A program made the position numbers and the translations under genes. Positions 5,797-5,905 of a stretch of DNA of 5,905 nt are shown in pieces (the stretch's first letter is position 1; the number at the start of each line of letters is the position of its first letter). The stretch comes from Halalkalibacterium halodurans (GTDB lineage: Bacteria; Bacillota; Bacilli; Bacillales; Bacillaceae_D), in contig NZ_SNUY01000110.1 of assembly GCF_004376175.1 (NCBI RefSeq), positions 1-5,905 of the forward strand, written 5' to 3'. Below the pieces are notes generated by a model. That model was not told the origin of the DNA, did not search any database, and saw only the letters and a program-made list of their open reading frames with translations.

Positions 5797-5835
5797 GGGG
5801 TGGCATAGGAGGGCGAGCCCCTCTTATCCTACCCC
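5797..5835. repeat. Imperfect palindrome GGGGTGGCATAGGAGGG-cgagc-CCCTCTTATCCTACCCC at the AT-rich/GC-richer boundary; possible terminal or subterminal structure of the right-hand IS
   Basis: 14 of 17 positions pair around a 5-nt loop (counted by hand). The palindrome overlaps the stop codon (5826..5824) of the minus-strand partial ORF and coincides with the composition shift. Confidence 0.5.
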
Positions 5836-5905
5836 GAATGTCTGATGTTTGAATTGATGATGCAAGAGAATACGGTTTCGCAAGCGATCATAACGCCGAA
5901 AACCA
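5824..5905 (-). CDS. Probable 3' end (last 26 codons plus stop) of an ISL3-family transposase gene
   Basis: Minus-strand translation from 5904 gives GFRRYDRLRNRILLHHQFKHQTFGVG-stop (TAA 5826..5824). G-F-R-x-[FY]-x-x-[FL]-R-x-R-I-L is the C-terminal motif I recall for ISL3-family transposases (...AYGFRNFxNFRxRIL...). Only 26 residues are visible, so the call is tentative. Confidence 0.4.
   Translation of the reverse strand, partial: GFRRYDRLRNRILLHHQFKHQTFGVG

Noticed and set aside
5845-5905. Plus-strand ORF start MFELMMQENTVSQAIITPKT at the right edge
   Set aside because: No SD-like sequence precedes either ATG. The minus-strand reading gives a recognisable ISL3-like C-terminal motif ending in a stop.

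Overview
The window holds an AT-rich, four-gene, minus-strand operon (1119..5351) between fragments of two different insertion sequences. In transcription order the genes are: (1) a 362-aa protein with the metal-binding signature of a class III (adenylate/guanylate/Pycsar-type) nucleotide cyclase, not a CD-NTase; (2) a Cap2-like E2-E1 fusion; (3) a Cap3-like JAB/JAMM isopeptidase; (4) a 7-TM membrane protein. The N-terminal half of that membrane protein looks like the Pycsar TM-effector domain and its C-terminal half looks DUF3307-like. Genes are tightly packed (8-nt and 4-nt start/stop overlaps, then a 3-nt gap). The architecture reads as a Pycsar-like cyclase plus membrane effector regulated by the ubiquitin-like transferase module otherwise typical of type II CBASS. 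To my knowledge this combination is not described, and it is the main finding. The cyclase ends in a C-terminal glycine, as expected for an E1 adenylation/conjugation substrate. On the left is the 5' part of an IS1380-family transposase gene (1..947, minus, absent from the ORF track because it runs off the window). On the right is what looks like the last 26 codons of an ISL3-family transposase (5824..5905, minus), behind an imperfect palindrome at a sharp GC shift. Between the operon and the right IS lies about 445 nt of non-coding, AT-rich DNA with promoter-like elements and a short direct repeat. No tRNA, rRNA or CRISPR array is visible. All domain calls come from reading motifs by eye and from memory of the families; no searches were run.
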